Source of the DNA: Eubacteriales bacterium
Lineage (GTDB): Bacteria > Bacillota > Clostridia > Oscillospirales > CAG-382
Length of the DNA: 64,000 bases
Assembly: GCA_045604705.1 (NCBI GenBank)
Contig: JAZUOO010000012.1
Location: 11,429 to 75,428, forward strand
Reading direction: 5' to 3'
The notes beneath the pieces were generated by a model, which saw only the letters and a program-made list of their open reading frames with translations, had not been told where the DNA came from and made no database searches. A program made the position numbers and the translations under genes. Shown here piece by piece: positions 18,716 to 28,268 of this stretch (position 1 is the first letter of the stretch; each line of letters opens with the position of its first letter).

Positions 18716-21700
18716 ATGAAGTATCTCAATTTCAAACGACCCCTTGCGGTCATACTGGCGTCTCTTCTGATTTTCAGCTCCGTTACTTTCGTGGCGTCGG
18801 CTCAGGAAAATGAAGAACCCACAACACCCGTTATTACTTATACTTTCCGCGGAGGAAGTAGCGAAGACAACGGAACCGGCGACTATGTTGTCGAAGTTCT
18901 CGCAAACGGAGGTCTTATCAACACAGGTTATGTTGAATTGACCTATAACACAGATCTATATTCAGATGCAGTATTCAAGTTTGCGGAAAATATTAAAGAT
19001 GCAAGCTTCTATTGGAATGTAGAGAACTCAGATGGAACGATCGGTGTAGGCTTTATGTCTGCGGCAGGTCTATCTAATGAAGATGCAGGTCTTTTTGCTG
19101 ACATTGAAAACCCCAGTACAAATATCGCTTATATCGATGCAGATGGCGAAGACCTTGTAAAAATCGGTACATTCACATTCACATTTGAAGATGGAAACAC
19201 CTATGAAACTGCATTTACAACATTGAAAGCTCCAACAAGCAAAGTAGCTGTTGCAGATACAAAGGTTATTCCTCACTACACGGATAGCTTTTCTACTAAA
19301 AAACTGGATGCAGAAATCGAAGAAACAACAATGCTTGTTTTCACAGCTGATGACTTCGATGTTTCCGGCACTACAACAACCTACAACGGTGAACCTCAGT
19401 CACCCACAGTTACATCCGATGTTGCAGATTTCACTCTTGCTCTCGGCGAAGATGAGCTTGAAGAGGTAACCGCTGCTGATACATACGCAATCAAGGTTGT
19501 TGATGTATCCGCCAAAGAGGGCTACTACTATTATGACGCAGATGAGATTGATCTTGGTAAGAATTTTGTAATCGCAAGAGGCACAGATACAATTGATGCT
19601 CCTGTAGCTAATCCCGCTGAAGATGTATATATAAAGGACGGCTTCAATCCTCAGACCATCAAACTTTCATCAACTGATTGGAAAGTAACCGACACAGATC
19701 TTCTTGATGCCGGTGAATACCAAATCAATGTTGAATTTGTTGGTAAACTTGATGAAAACATCGACTACACAGCAGGCACAGGTGTAACTTACGACGAAGA
19801 AAATGATAAGTACACAGCAAAGATTGCATTTGAAGTTACAAAAGCTGAAGGAAGTGTTCCCGCAATAGTAACTCCCGATGCTGTTCCATATAACTCTGAA
19901 GTTGCTCAGACTGTAACAGGTTATGGCATTACTCTCGAAAATGATTGGGAATTTGTGGATAATACTACAGAACTTTCAATCGGCGAAAATAAGGACATAG
20001 CAATTAAGTATGTTCCCGAAGATGTTACTAACTACACATATGAAGGTTACGACGAAGAACACGGCTATGTTCCCGGAACAGTTACCGTAACGCTTAACAA
20101 GGCAACCGGTACAGCTCCCGAAGCTCCCGTAGTTGTTACAGATGATCAGAGACGTGATTCTCTTGACGATGTGATCAAAGCTTCTGATCTTGTAACAACT
20201 GTAGGTGTTTGGTCTTATACAGATGCAGAGCTTATAACAGGCAATAACACAATCACATTTACATACAAGCCCGCTGATCAGGACGTGGTTGATTATGAAG
20301 GTCTTGAGAATTGGAATGATACAAGCAAACAGTTCGAATACGAAGTAACAGTTAAGGTTCTTGCTCCCTATTTCGACCCCAAGGATATTTATCCTCCTGA
20401 AAATCCTGCGGCTGTAAACTTTGAAGAAGGTAAAACCTTCACAGCAGTAGACTTTGCTCTTGCAAATGGTTGGACATATGCAGATGATTCATTTGAAATC
20501 ACATCCGCAGGAACAACAGAAGATGTTAAGGTTCTCTATGCTATTCCCGAAGGATATGACGGTCTTGATCCCAAATATGAATATACAGTAGAAAACAATA
20601 ACATTGTTTATTACGTTGACCTCACAGTCAACAAGATACCCGGTACAGTTGTAGAGCCTGTAGTTCCCGAAACGTTAATATTTGATGGCGAAAACAAGAA
20701 CATTTCTAAATATGTTGAGCTTGCGACTGGTTGGAGTTTCGCAGAAGACAAGACACTTGAATATGATGGAGTTAATAAAATCAAAGTTCAGTACACAGCT
20801 GATACCAAGAACTACACATGGGACGGCTATGACATTGAGGTTGCAGATTCTAATAACGGCTTGATTAGCAAGACATTTGATGTTACATTCATTAGGAAGG
20901 ATCTTGATACTTCAATATTCCCTCCCGTACTCGTAGAAGGCACAAACAATAAGACATTTGTTGAAGCAGGCTACAAGTATAGCGACTTTGTTATCGCAAC
21001 AAAAGGCTGGGAATATGATACTCCCGATGTTCCAATCACAGAAGCTACAACAGTACCTGCTAAGGTTAAGTACGAAATCGGCGAAGACTATAAGATTCCT
21101 GCAGGTTCCGAATGGGAGGTTGAAGGAGATTATATAGTTGCAAATATAGCACTTACTGTTGTTAAAGCAGATCTTCCCACAGCCGCTGCAGTTGCTACAC
21201 CAATAGATGTACCATACGACAAAAATGAAAAGACTGTTGAAGTAACTCCTAATGAAGCTGATTACACCGGTCTTGGTGAAATAAGCGGTATTTCTTATGT
21301 GAAAGTGGTAGATGAGGATGAAATTCCCGTTGTCGGTAACCCTGTAAATGCGGGCACATATAATGTTGTTGTAACATTCGCAGATGGTACAAACTATAAT
21401 GGCGGCACAATCACTCTTGAGGGTTACCTCACAATCAATAAGGCTGATGTTAAAAAAGACGTTGACTTTACAGTTAGTGATACATCACATGTATACGATG
21501 GCAAAGTCAAGACAGTAACAGTTACAAAAGTTAATGAAGAAATCGGTGCTCCCAATGTAGAGTACACAGGCGATGTTGTAAATGTTGGAAAGTATACCTT
21601 CACAGTATCAGGTGATGCAACAGAAAATTATAATGGTTACACATTTGAATACACAAATGGCCTCGAAATCACAGAGGCAACTCTCAAAGCAGCTGATTTC

Positions 21701-22969
21701 AAAGTAAATGCTGATAACTTCACATACGATGGCGAAGCAAAGAAGGCTACAGTTTCTACAGAGCTTATCGGCGTAGGCACAATCTCTGTTACATTCAAGA
21801 AGAACGATATTACGGAAAATGCCCCCACTAATGCAGGTACATATGATGTATACGTAACAGTTGCAGCAGGTGACAACTACGAAGCACTCAGCGAAACAAA
21901 GGTTGGTTCTTACACAATTAATAAGGCAACACTTCCCACTGAGGCATTCTCTGTAGAAAGAGTTGAAACAGTGTACGACGGCGATGATAAATCAGTTGTA
22001 GTAACTACAGCTAGTGGCTATACAGGTCTCGGTACAGCATCTGTAGTATATCATGAAGGCAGAACAGACGCAGGCGAATACGATGTTAAGGTAATGGTTA
22101 CTGAAGGTGAAAACTACCTTGGTACAGATGAAAATGGTATACTCTTCGAGAATAAACTCTATATTGCTCAGGCAAAGGGCACAGTTACACTTCCTGACGT
22201 ACCCGAAACTGCGTTTGTAGACACAATCATTTCAGGTAAGATTTTCGAAAGCGTTTGGAGTTATGTAGGTTCAGTTACAATAATCGAGGGTAACAACCCT
22301 GTTACAATCACAACCACAATTCTTGCATCCAATGCAAAAAACTATAACTACACTGAGGATTCTCAGACTCAAACTTATACAATCACACCGAATGAAGAAA
22401 CAGGTGACCTTGTCCTTACTAAGACTTACAATATAACAGGTAACTACGCAACAGGTAAGCTTACACTTAATGTAACAACTTCGAGTGCTCAAAACGGTGA
22501 TATTAACGAAGATGATGTTACAATCACAATCAAGCCCGAAATCGGAGAAGTAATAACTCTCACTGCCGGAGAAGATTTCATAGAAAGTGGTAATACTATT
22601 ACAGTATCTGAATTCGAGCTTAATGTAGGTAAGTACACAGTAACTATTAAGAAGCAAAGATACCTTGCATATGTAGTAAATGTTACCATTGCTGAAGATG
22701 AAACGGAGCAAATAGCGATTACACTCCTTGCAGGTGATATTATTGGCGGCGAAGAGGGTAGCGAAGTTTTGGGTGATGACGTTATCGACATCGATGACTT
22801 CGTAATCGCACTCAGAGCTTTTGATCCGGAACTTGAGTACGAAACAAGTAAAGTAATGAAAGCAGCTGATATTGATGAGAACGGTGTAAATAATGTTACC
22901 GACCTTAGCTACATTAAGGCAAACTTCACTAAAACAACAATTGATAACTGCACAGAAACTATAGAATAA
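18716..22969 (+). CDS. 1417-aa secreted surface protein: cohesin-like N-terminal module, about 7 divergent W-x-[YF]-x-D repeats, at least 4 MBG (YGX-type) repeats, Ig-like module and C-terminal dockerin
   Basis: ATG 18716 preceded by GGAGG (18706-18710); the track ORF starts at an upstream TTG. Signal LAVILASLLIFSSVTFVASA. Repeats of type F/Y-DG..K...V....G.G......NAGTY.V.V....NY. C-terminal DIDENGVNNVTDLSYIKANF calcium-binding dockerin repeat. Confidence 0.75.
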   Translation: MKYLNFKRPLAVILASLLIFSSVTFVASAQENEEPTTPVITYTFRGGSSEDNGTGDYVVEVLANGGLINTGYVELTYNTDLYSDAVFKFAENIKDASFYWNVENSDGTIGVGFMSAAGLSNEDAGLFADIENPSTNIAYIDADGEDLVKIGTFTFTFEDGNTYETAFTTLKAPTSKVAVADTKVIPHYTDSFSTKKLDAEIEETTMLVFTADDFDVSGTTTTYNGEPQSPTVTSDVADFTLALGEDELEEVTAADTYAIKVVDVSAKEGYYYYDADEIDLGKNFVIARGTDTIDAPVANPAEDVYIKDGFNPQTIKLSSTDWKVTDTDLLDAGEYQINVEFVGKLDENIDYTAGTGVTYDEENDKYTAKIAFEVTKAEGSVPAIVTPDAVPYNSEVAQTVTGYGITLENDWEFVDNTTELSIGENKDIAIKYVPEDVTNYTYEGYDEEHGYVPGTVTVTLNKATGTAPEAPVVVTDDQRRDSLDDVIKASDLVTTVGVWSYTDAELITGNNTITFTYKPADQDVVDYEGLENWNDTSKQFEYEVTVKVLAPYFDPKDIYPPENPAAVNFEEGKTFTAVDFALANGWTYADDSFEITSAGTTEDVKVLYAIPEGYDGLDPKYEYTVENNNIVYYVDLTVNKIPGTVVEPVVPETLIFDGENKNISKYVELATGWSFAEDKTLEYDGVNKIKVQYTADTKNYTWDGYDIEVADSNNGLISKTFDVTFIRKDLDTSIFPPVLVEGTNNKTFVEAGYKYSDFVIATKGWEYDTPDVPITEATTVPAKVKYEIGEDYKIPAGSEWEVEGDYIVANIALTVVKADLPTAAAVATPIDVPYDKNEKTVEVTPNEADYTGLGEISGISYVKVVDEDEIPVVGNPVNAGTYNVVVTFADGTNYNGGTITLEGYLTINKADVKKDVDFTVSDTSHVYDGKVKTVTVTKVNEEIGAPNVEYTGDVVNVGKYTFTVSGDATENYNGYTFEYTNGLEITEATLKAADFKVNADNFTYDGEAKKATVSTELIGVGTISVTFKKNDITENAPTNAGTYDVYVTVAAGDNYEALSETKVGSYTINKATLPTEAFSVERVETVYDGDDKSVVVTTASGYTGLGTASVVYHEGRTDAGEYDVKVMVTEGENYLGTDENGILFENKLYIAQAKGTVTLPDVPETAFVDTIISGKIFESVWSYVGSVTIIEGNNPVTITTTILASNAKNYNYTEDSQTQTYTITPNEETGDLVLTKTYNITGNYATGKLTLNVTTSSAQNGDINEDDVTITIKPEIGEVITLTAGEDFIESGNTITVSEFELNVGKYTVTIKKQRYLAYVVNVTIAEDETEQIAITLLAGDIIGGEEGSEVLGDDVIDIDDFVIALRAFDPELEYETSKVMKAADIDENGVNNVTDLSYIKANFTKTTIDNCTETIE

Positions 22970-22984
22970 TCTCTATAATTCACA

Positions 22985-23024
22985 AATCCGCACTCTTAAC
23001 AGGGTGCGGATTACTTTACTTCTG
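22985..23024 (+). terminator. terminator-like hairpin after the large surface protein gene
   Basis: AATCCGCAC-loop-GTGCGGATT. The downstream T-run is weak. Confidence 0.45.
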
Positions 23025-23115
23025 AATTAGTATGATTTTCGGCGTTTTAGATGAGATACATCATCTTGCAGTTCAGCACAAGATTGTGTTCTAATTCCAA
23101 CGCCGAGCCAAATGA

Positions 23116-23158
23116 TGATAAAAAGACCGCCCGAGCAGAATTTTTGTTACTCGGACGG
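23116..23158 (-). terminator. intrinsic terminator after the ACP gene
   Basis: Minus strand CCGTCCGAG-loop-CTCGGGCGG followed by TCTTTTTATC. Confidence 0.6.
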
Positions 23159-23177
23159 TTAAAATTTTCTATTCAAA

Positions 23178-23420
23178 TCAGACTGCAAGCTCTTCCATGT
23201 ATTTAACTACATCCTCGACAGTCACAAAATCCTTTGCTCTTTCTTCGTCGATTTCAACGCTGAAAGTTTCCTCGCAGGCAAGTACAAGCTCGGAAAGCTC
23301 GATAGAATTCATGCCGAGATCATTAATAAGCTCTGCATCCAATTTTATCAATTCCTCCTTAATCTGCATTTCATCAACAAGTATTTCTTTGAGTTTTTCA
23401 AACATAATGTTATTCTCCAT
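23178..23420 (-). CDS. acyl carrier protein (stand-alone)
   Basis: 80 aa, acidic. Four-helix ACP pattern with attachment-site motif DLGMNSIELSE (N-S instead of the usual D-S). Confidence 0.75.
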   Translation of the reverse strand: MENNIMFEKLKEILVDEMQIKEELIKLDAELINDLGMNSIELSELVLACEETFSVEIDEERAKDFVTVEDVVKYMEELAV

Positions 23421-23427
23421 TTCAAAT

Positions 23428-25131
23428 TTATTTCACAAGATACCTTTTAATCTTGCGTGAAGTTGTTTTCTCAAATTCGTTCTGACGTAATTCTATATTT
23501 CTGACCTGCTTGAAGCTCGGAAGCTTTTTATTCATTGTGTTAATGCTTGCCTTTATGCTGTCAGCAATAGTATTTATGTCAGCATCCTTTTCAAATTTAT
23601 CAAAAGCGGGGTATATGATTGCTGTAAGAACCACACTCTCACCGTCTTTTCTGCCTACAACAACAGATTCCGCAATTGTATCGATGTTTGTTAAATATTC
23701 TTCAATTTCCTCGGGAAATACATTTTTACCGTTTTCCAGTACGATTACGCTTTTCTTGCGTCCTGTTATGTATATATATCCGTCTTTATCCATATACCCA
23801 ACATCACCTGTACGGAAATAACCGTCGTCTGTGAAAACTTCCTTTGTTGCTTCCTCATTCTTGTAATAGCCGAGCATTACGTTGTCGCCCTTAACGAGGA
23901 TTTCACCCTCAATAAATCCCTGACCGTTTGTGGAAGTACCGTCAATCTTAGCTTCGCACGAAGGAACAGTTGGACCAACGGAACCCCTCTTCGGTGCTGT
24001 AAAAGGATTTACGGAAATAAGAGGAGAACACTCGGTTATGCCGTATCCTTCGTAAATGTTAACACCGAATTTTTCAAATGTGTCTGCAAACTCAGGATTA
24101 AGAGCAGCACCACCACAAATAATTTTGCTGAGTCTACCGCCAAATGCGTCAAGCACTTGACCGAAAAGTTTTTTTCTTATGTCTATTTTAAACTTACGAA
24201 GTCCGCTGCTAAGTGTCATTCCAAACTTCATTTTCTTCAGCTGCCCGGTCTTTTTTGCTTCATCCATTATTTTTTTATACATCGTATTAACGAATAAAGG
24301 AACGAGCACAAGACCTGTGGGCTTAAAGAGCTTGAAATTCCTTAAAACATATTTAAGACTGTCATTAATACAAACAGTAGCTCCGAGAGAAAGAGCAGCA
24401 ATCATAACTGCAAGCTCATAGGTATGGTGAAGGGGGAGTACGGAAACGATAACGTCTTCCTTTGAGAAATCAACTGTTGCCACAGCGGAATTAACACAAG
24501 AAATGACATTTTTTTCCGAAAGCATAACACACTTACTTGTTCCCGTTGTACCGGAAGTAAAAAGCATTTCTCTCATTTCATCCGAAACAGTGTAATCCGA
24601 GGGGGTGTAACCTTCCGAAACTGTTTCTTTACCGCTTTTTAAGACATCTTTGTAAAGTATAACATTTTTACAAGCAAGCAATTCATCGTCATCACAGTCT
24701 ATCGGAATAAATAGCATATCATTCTGTGAGTTAAGGATTTTATCTTTGAATTTTCCACAGAAGCTCTTTGTGAAAACAATTGCATTAGCATCGCTGATCG
24801 AGAGGAAGCTAAACAACTCTTCCACGGCAAGCTCTTTATCCAACGGTACCGAAACGCTTCCGATGGAAAGGGTAGCTATGTAAGTCATGACCCATTCGGG
24901 ACAACTCTCGCCTACAATCGCAATTCTTTTTCCCTTTAGATGCATCGAAGTAAATGCAGCGCCTAAAGCGATACTGTTTGTCGAAAGCTCTGTATATGAG
25001 ATTTCCTTGATATTTTTCTTTGCATCATAAAACTTGAAAGCTGTTTTATCGCCGTGTTTGTCCTTAATGTTGATACAAAAACGCAATATAGAATCTATAG
25101 GTTCGTAGTTCGGATTTATAATTTTGGTCAT
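23428..25131 (-). CDS. AMP-dependent synthetase/ligase (long-chain acyl-CoA or acyl-ACP synthetase-like)
   Basis: LFTSGTTGTSKCVMLS (A3 core), GYGITE, GDVGYMDKDGYIYITGRKK, and a terminal TSRKIKR-type lysine motif. Start set at ATG 25131 with AAGGA RBS; the track start is 25158. Confidence 0.85.
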   Translation of the reverse strand: MTKIINPNYEPIDSILRFCINIKDKHGDKTAFKFYDAKKNIKEISYTELSTNSIALGAAFTSMHLKGKRIAIVGESCPEWVMTYIATLSIGSVSVPLDKELAVEELFSFLSISDANAIVFTKSFCGKFKDKILNSQNDMLFIPIDCDDDELLACKNVILYKDVLKSGKETVSEGYTPSDYTVSDEMREMLFTSGTTGTSKCVMLSEKNVISCVNSAVATVDFSKEDVIVSVLPLHHTYELAVMIAALSLGATVCINDSLKYVLRNFKLFKPTGLVLVPLFVNTMYKKIMDEAKKTGQLKKMKFGMTLSSGLRKFKIDIRKKLFGQVLDAFGGRLSKIICGGAALNPEFADTFEKFGVNIYEGYGITECSPLISVNPFTAPKRGSVGPTVPSCEAKIDGTSTNGQGFIEGEILVKGDNVMLGYYKNEEATKEVFTDDGYFRTGDVGYMDKDGYIYITGRKKSVIVLENGKNVFPEEIEEYLTNIDTIAESVVVGRKDGESVVLTAIIYPAFDKFEKDADINTIADSIKASINTMNKKLPSFKQVRNIELRQNEFEKTTSRKIKRYLVK

Positions 25132-25327
25132 ATGTTGATCCTTTCGGAAACTCAGCACAATACGTGCGAACTATTAATTACACCTCATCTTTTTGAACTA
25201 AGGTAATTTTACCATATTTATTATACTCATAAATTAATCTTTGTCAAGTGTAGAAGAATGATAAAATTATTAATATATAATTAAAAGATGAAATCTTTGG
25301 TATATATATCAAAGCTGAACCATTTAA

Positions 25328-25735
25328 TCAATTCTCTTCAAAGAACTCAATAAGCTCTCCGTCGGGGCCTTTAACAAACGCAAGAACGCAAGGAATAGGC
25401 GGATCTGCAGGAAGAGATTTATTTTCCGGAACCATGTGTGATTCACATCCGTAAGCAATAGCTTTGTCATACCAATGTTTTGCATTATCTACTCTGAAAG
25501 CAAAATGAATTACATTTCCTGCTTCCTCGTCATACATTGTTCTGGGAGATGCAGAAGAGAAAAGTTCTATCATATTTCCGTTACCACACTGAAGTAAAGA
25601 AATCGTTTTTTTGCCGTCTTTTGATTTCCAGCGCCTATATTCTGTAAATTCAAGACATTCCGTATAAAACTTGTATGATTTTTCAAAATCGCTTACATTA
25701 AGTGCTATATGGTGAAAACCGTTGATTTTTTCCAT
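25328..25735 (-). CDS. VOC (glyoxalase/bleomycin resistance/dioxygenase) family protein
   Basis: GFHHIALNVSDFEKSYKFY and a C-terminal GPDGELIEFFE pattern. 135 aa. Confidence 0.8.
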   Translation of the reverse strand: MEKINGFHHIALNVSDFEKSYKFYTECLEFTEYRRWKSKDGKKTISLLQCGNGNMIELFSSASPRTMYDEEAGNVIHFAFRVDNAKHWYDKAIAYGCESHMVPENKSLPADPPIPCVLAFVKGPDGELIEFFEEN

Positions 25736-25864
25736 GATAAATTCCCTTCGTGTATTTAAAATTTAATTACCGAATATACTATACTACATTTTTAAGTAAA
25801 AATCAAGTATATACAATTAATAATATTATATATGTGTACATTTCTTGACAAAGCGAGGTATAAT

Positions 25865-26890
25865 ATGAAAACAAATCTTATTACGGACAGCTTATCAAAT
25901 AGCTCCAATATCGGTTATACTCCAAATCAGGTAAGAACGGCATATACCCTCTCACAAAGGAGTAGAGGAGAAGGTGTTTCAGTTGCTGTAATTGATTTTT
26001 TAGGGAATATATATCTTCAAAATAATCTTGATATTTTTTCAAATGAATTCGGACTTCCAAGAATTCAACTTCAATTTATTGGAGAAACACCTCGAAATTC
26101 AAGATTTGATTTTTCTGCATATATCGAACCGAGCGCCGACACGCAGTGGGTTCATGCAATCTCGCCCCGGGCACAACTGAAAGTGATACGAGCAACCCAA
26201 TATAGCATCGAGGGTGCAATGGAGGCTATCAAACAAGCTTTGGAACAAAATTGTGACATAATACTCCAAACTTTTCAGGCACCGTTTGATGAGTCATATG
26301 TTAAATATGAAAGTATTTATAGTTCAAATGCTGTCTTTGTAAGCTCGGCAGGAGATTACGGAGCAGGGGCGTTTTTCCCATCTTGCTTTACGACTTGTAT
26401 TTCTGTCGGCGGCACGTCGTTACAGCTTAACTTAAATGGTAACAGAATTAGCGAAGAAACAGTGTGGAACGGCACGGGTGGCGGAATATGTACATATTTC
26501 GAGATACCCGACTACCAGAAAAAATTCTATGATATTGAATCACAAACATCGGGGCATAGGGGGGTACCGGATATATCTTTCCTTGCGGACCCAAATACAG
26601 GCTATTCGGTATATCATTCTTCCGTATCAGATTCATTCGGATGGTATAAAGCCGGTGGTACAAGTATAGGAGCATCCGTTGTTGCAGGAATTCTCGCGAA
26701 TATGCTTTCCTATACGAATATAAACGATAAAAGAAGTGTACTTCCGATGTTGTACAGTCTTGCAGGTGAATATTCGTATAAAAATGAATATAATAAATTT
26801 AAAGATATTACAACGGGAGGCAACAATATGTTTCAGGCAAGAGTTGGATATGATTTATGCACCGGTCTCGGATCGCTTATTAATCTGTAG
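25865..26890 (+). CDS. S53 (sedolisin-like) / S8-S53 family peptidase with no obvious signal peptide or prodomain
   Basis: YTPNQVRTAY, VAVIDF, SSAGDYGAG (SGD-type motif) and AGGTSIGASVVAG (catalytic Ser). ATG 25865 with GAGGT RBS is preferred over the track start 25832. Confidence 0.65.
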   Translation: MKTNLITDSLSNSSNIGYTPNQVRTAYTLSQRSRGEGVSVAVIDFLGNIYLQNNLDIFSNEFGLPRIQLQFIGETPRNSRFDFSAYIEPSADTQWVHAISPRAQLKVIRATQYSIEGAMEAIKQALEQNCDIILQTFQAPFDESYVKYESIYSSNAVFVSSAGDYGAGAFFPSCFTTCISVGGTSLQLNLNGNRISEETVWNGTGGGICTYFEIPDYQKKFYDIESQTSGHRGVPDISFLADPNTGYSVYHSSVSDSFGWYKAGGTSIGASVVAGILANMLSYTNINDKRSVLPMLYSLAGEYSYKNEYNKFKDITTGGNNMFQARVGYDLCTGLGSLINL

Positions 26891-27968
26891 TAAATTCAAA
26901 AATAAAATCAGTGTCCCAACCGGGAATGTATTTCAAATGCCTCATATAAAGCCTGTATTTGTTGTTTATTTTACTTACGACTTCAGGAATGCTGAAATAA
27001 TCCTCATTTCTGTGATAAGCTGCAACTTTTAGGCACGGTGAATACTTTCTTATTGTCTGTGAAAGTCCCTGCAGTACTTTTATGTCCGATCCTTCGGCGT
27101 CAATTTTAATAAAACCTACTTGGTCATCTATATAATTATCAACCTTTACCGCTTGTATTTCGGTGAATTTATCTGGCGATTTACTTTTATCTGTAGAGCC
27201 TGCTCTTCCAGAGTTGGAATAGAACTTAATTATTTCGTTATTATTCCAAGCGGCGCAATTATAACACTTACAATTAATCTGCTGCGACTCAAATCTTTTA
27301 ATCATTTTATTGAAGTTCTTTTTATCAGGCTCAAAGGCATATAGATTCATATCTTTTCCGAAAGTTTTTGTGTATTTTTCAACGGTATCTCCCGTATAAG
27401 CGCCAATATCAACATAATTTTTATTACTAATAATTAATTTTATTAAACTATCTTCTTCATTTTCGGAGGTTTCACAAGCGCTAAGGTAATCGATTTTACC
27501 TGTTAATTTAAATGCAATTGTCGAAACAAAAGTTGTTTTTGAAAGTTCGTCTGAAAGAGTAAGATAAACCGTCTCCAATCTTGATTTATTCAAATTAAAG
27601 TATTCAAGATCAAAAAGTCCGGCTCCGAATACAGGAACATCCGGGGCGTAAAGCTCTCTTTCGGAAGCGATACTGTAAATAGTATTTAGCACTTCGTCTC
27701 TTTGAGTTGCAAATGAAACAATAACTATAAAATCCTCCAACTCATTACAAAAGTCGATATATTTTTTTACTTTGAATCCTCTGAACACCCTATCTCTTGC
27801 AAAGTCGTCACTTGCAAATATGCCGTAAAGTTTTATACATTTTGCATCAAGAACATCGATAATTTTATCTGCACCGTTTCCTGTACCGTACATGACGATC
27901 TTTTTATCTGTCGATGAAAGATATGTCCAAAGATCTTGCTTTATGTCCGACAACTGTTTGAAATTCAT
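26880..27968 (-). CDS. FkbM-family methyltransferase with an N-terminal Rossmann-like domain
   Basis: VDIGAYTGDT, YAFEPDKKNFNKM and IDFIKIDAEGSD motifs. Start set at ATG 27968 (AAGGAAA RBS); the upstream 36 codons of the track ORF look non-coding. Confidence 0.75.
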   Translation of the reverse strand: MNFKQLSDIKQDLWTYLSSTDKKIVMYGTGNGADKIIDVLDAKCIKLYGIFASDDFARDRVFRGFKVKKYIDFCNELEDFIVIVSFATQRDEVLNTIYSIASERELYAPDVPVFGAGLFDLEYFNLNKSRLETVYLTLSDELSKTTFVSTIAFKLTGKIDYLSACETSENEEDSLIKLIISNKNYVDIGAYTGDTVEKYTKTFGKDMNLYAFEPDKKNFNKMIKRFESQQINCKCYNCAAWNNNEIIKFYSNSGRAGSTDKSKSPDKFTEIQAVKVDNYIDDQVGFIKIDAEGSDIKVLQGLSQTIRKYSPCLKVAAYHRNEDYFSIPEVVSKINNKYRLYMRHLKYIPGWDTDFIFEFTTD

Positions 27969-28226
27969 TTTAGTTTCCTTTCCTGGAAATTTTCTTGAAT
28001 GTATTATACATCTATAATGTGACATTATAAAGTACAATGTGATTAAATAATTACAAAATAATTTCATATTTAGCATTTTTTACACTTGAAATACATTAAA
28101 CGATATGATATAATTAATCAAATAAAAAATATCAGCCAAATGCGATATGCTTGTTGTTTGATTGTTAAAATGGAAGAAGTTGTTGCACCTGGACAGACAT
28201 ATTTTGCAATACAAACTTGACACGAG

Positions 28227-28255
28227 TATAGTAAGATTGTCGAATTTTGGCGAAA
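28227..28255 (+). repeat. copy 1 of an intergenic motif (TATAGTAAGATTGTCGAATTTTGGCGAAA)
   Basis: The 16-mer TCGAATTTTGGCGAAA recurs exactly at 29783-29798. The 5' half recurs 13/14 at 30724-30737. Confidence 0.7.
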
Positions 28256-28268
28256 GCGAGGAAGATGA

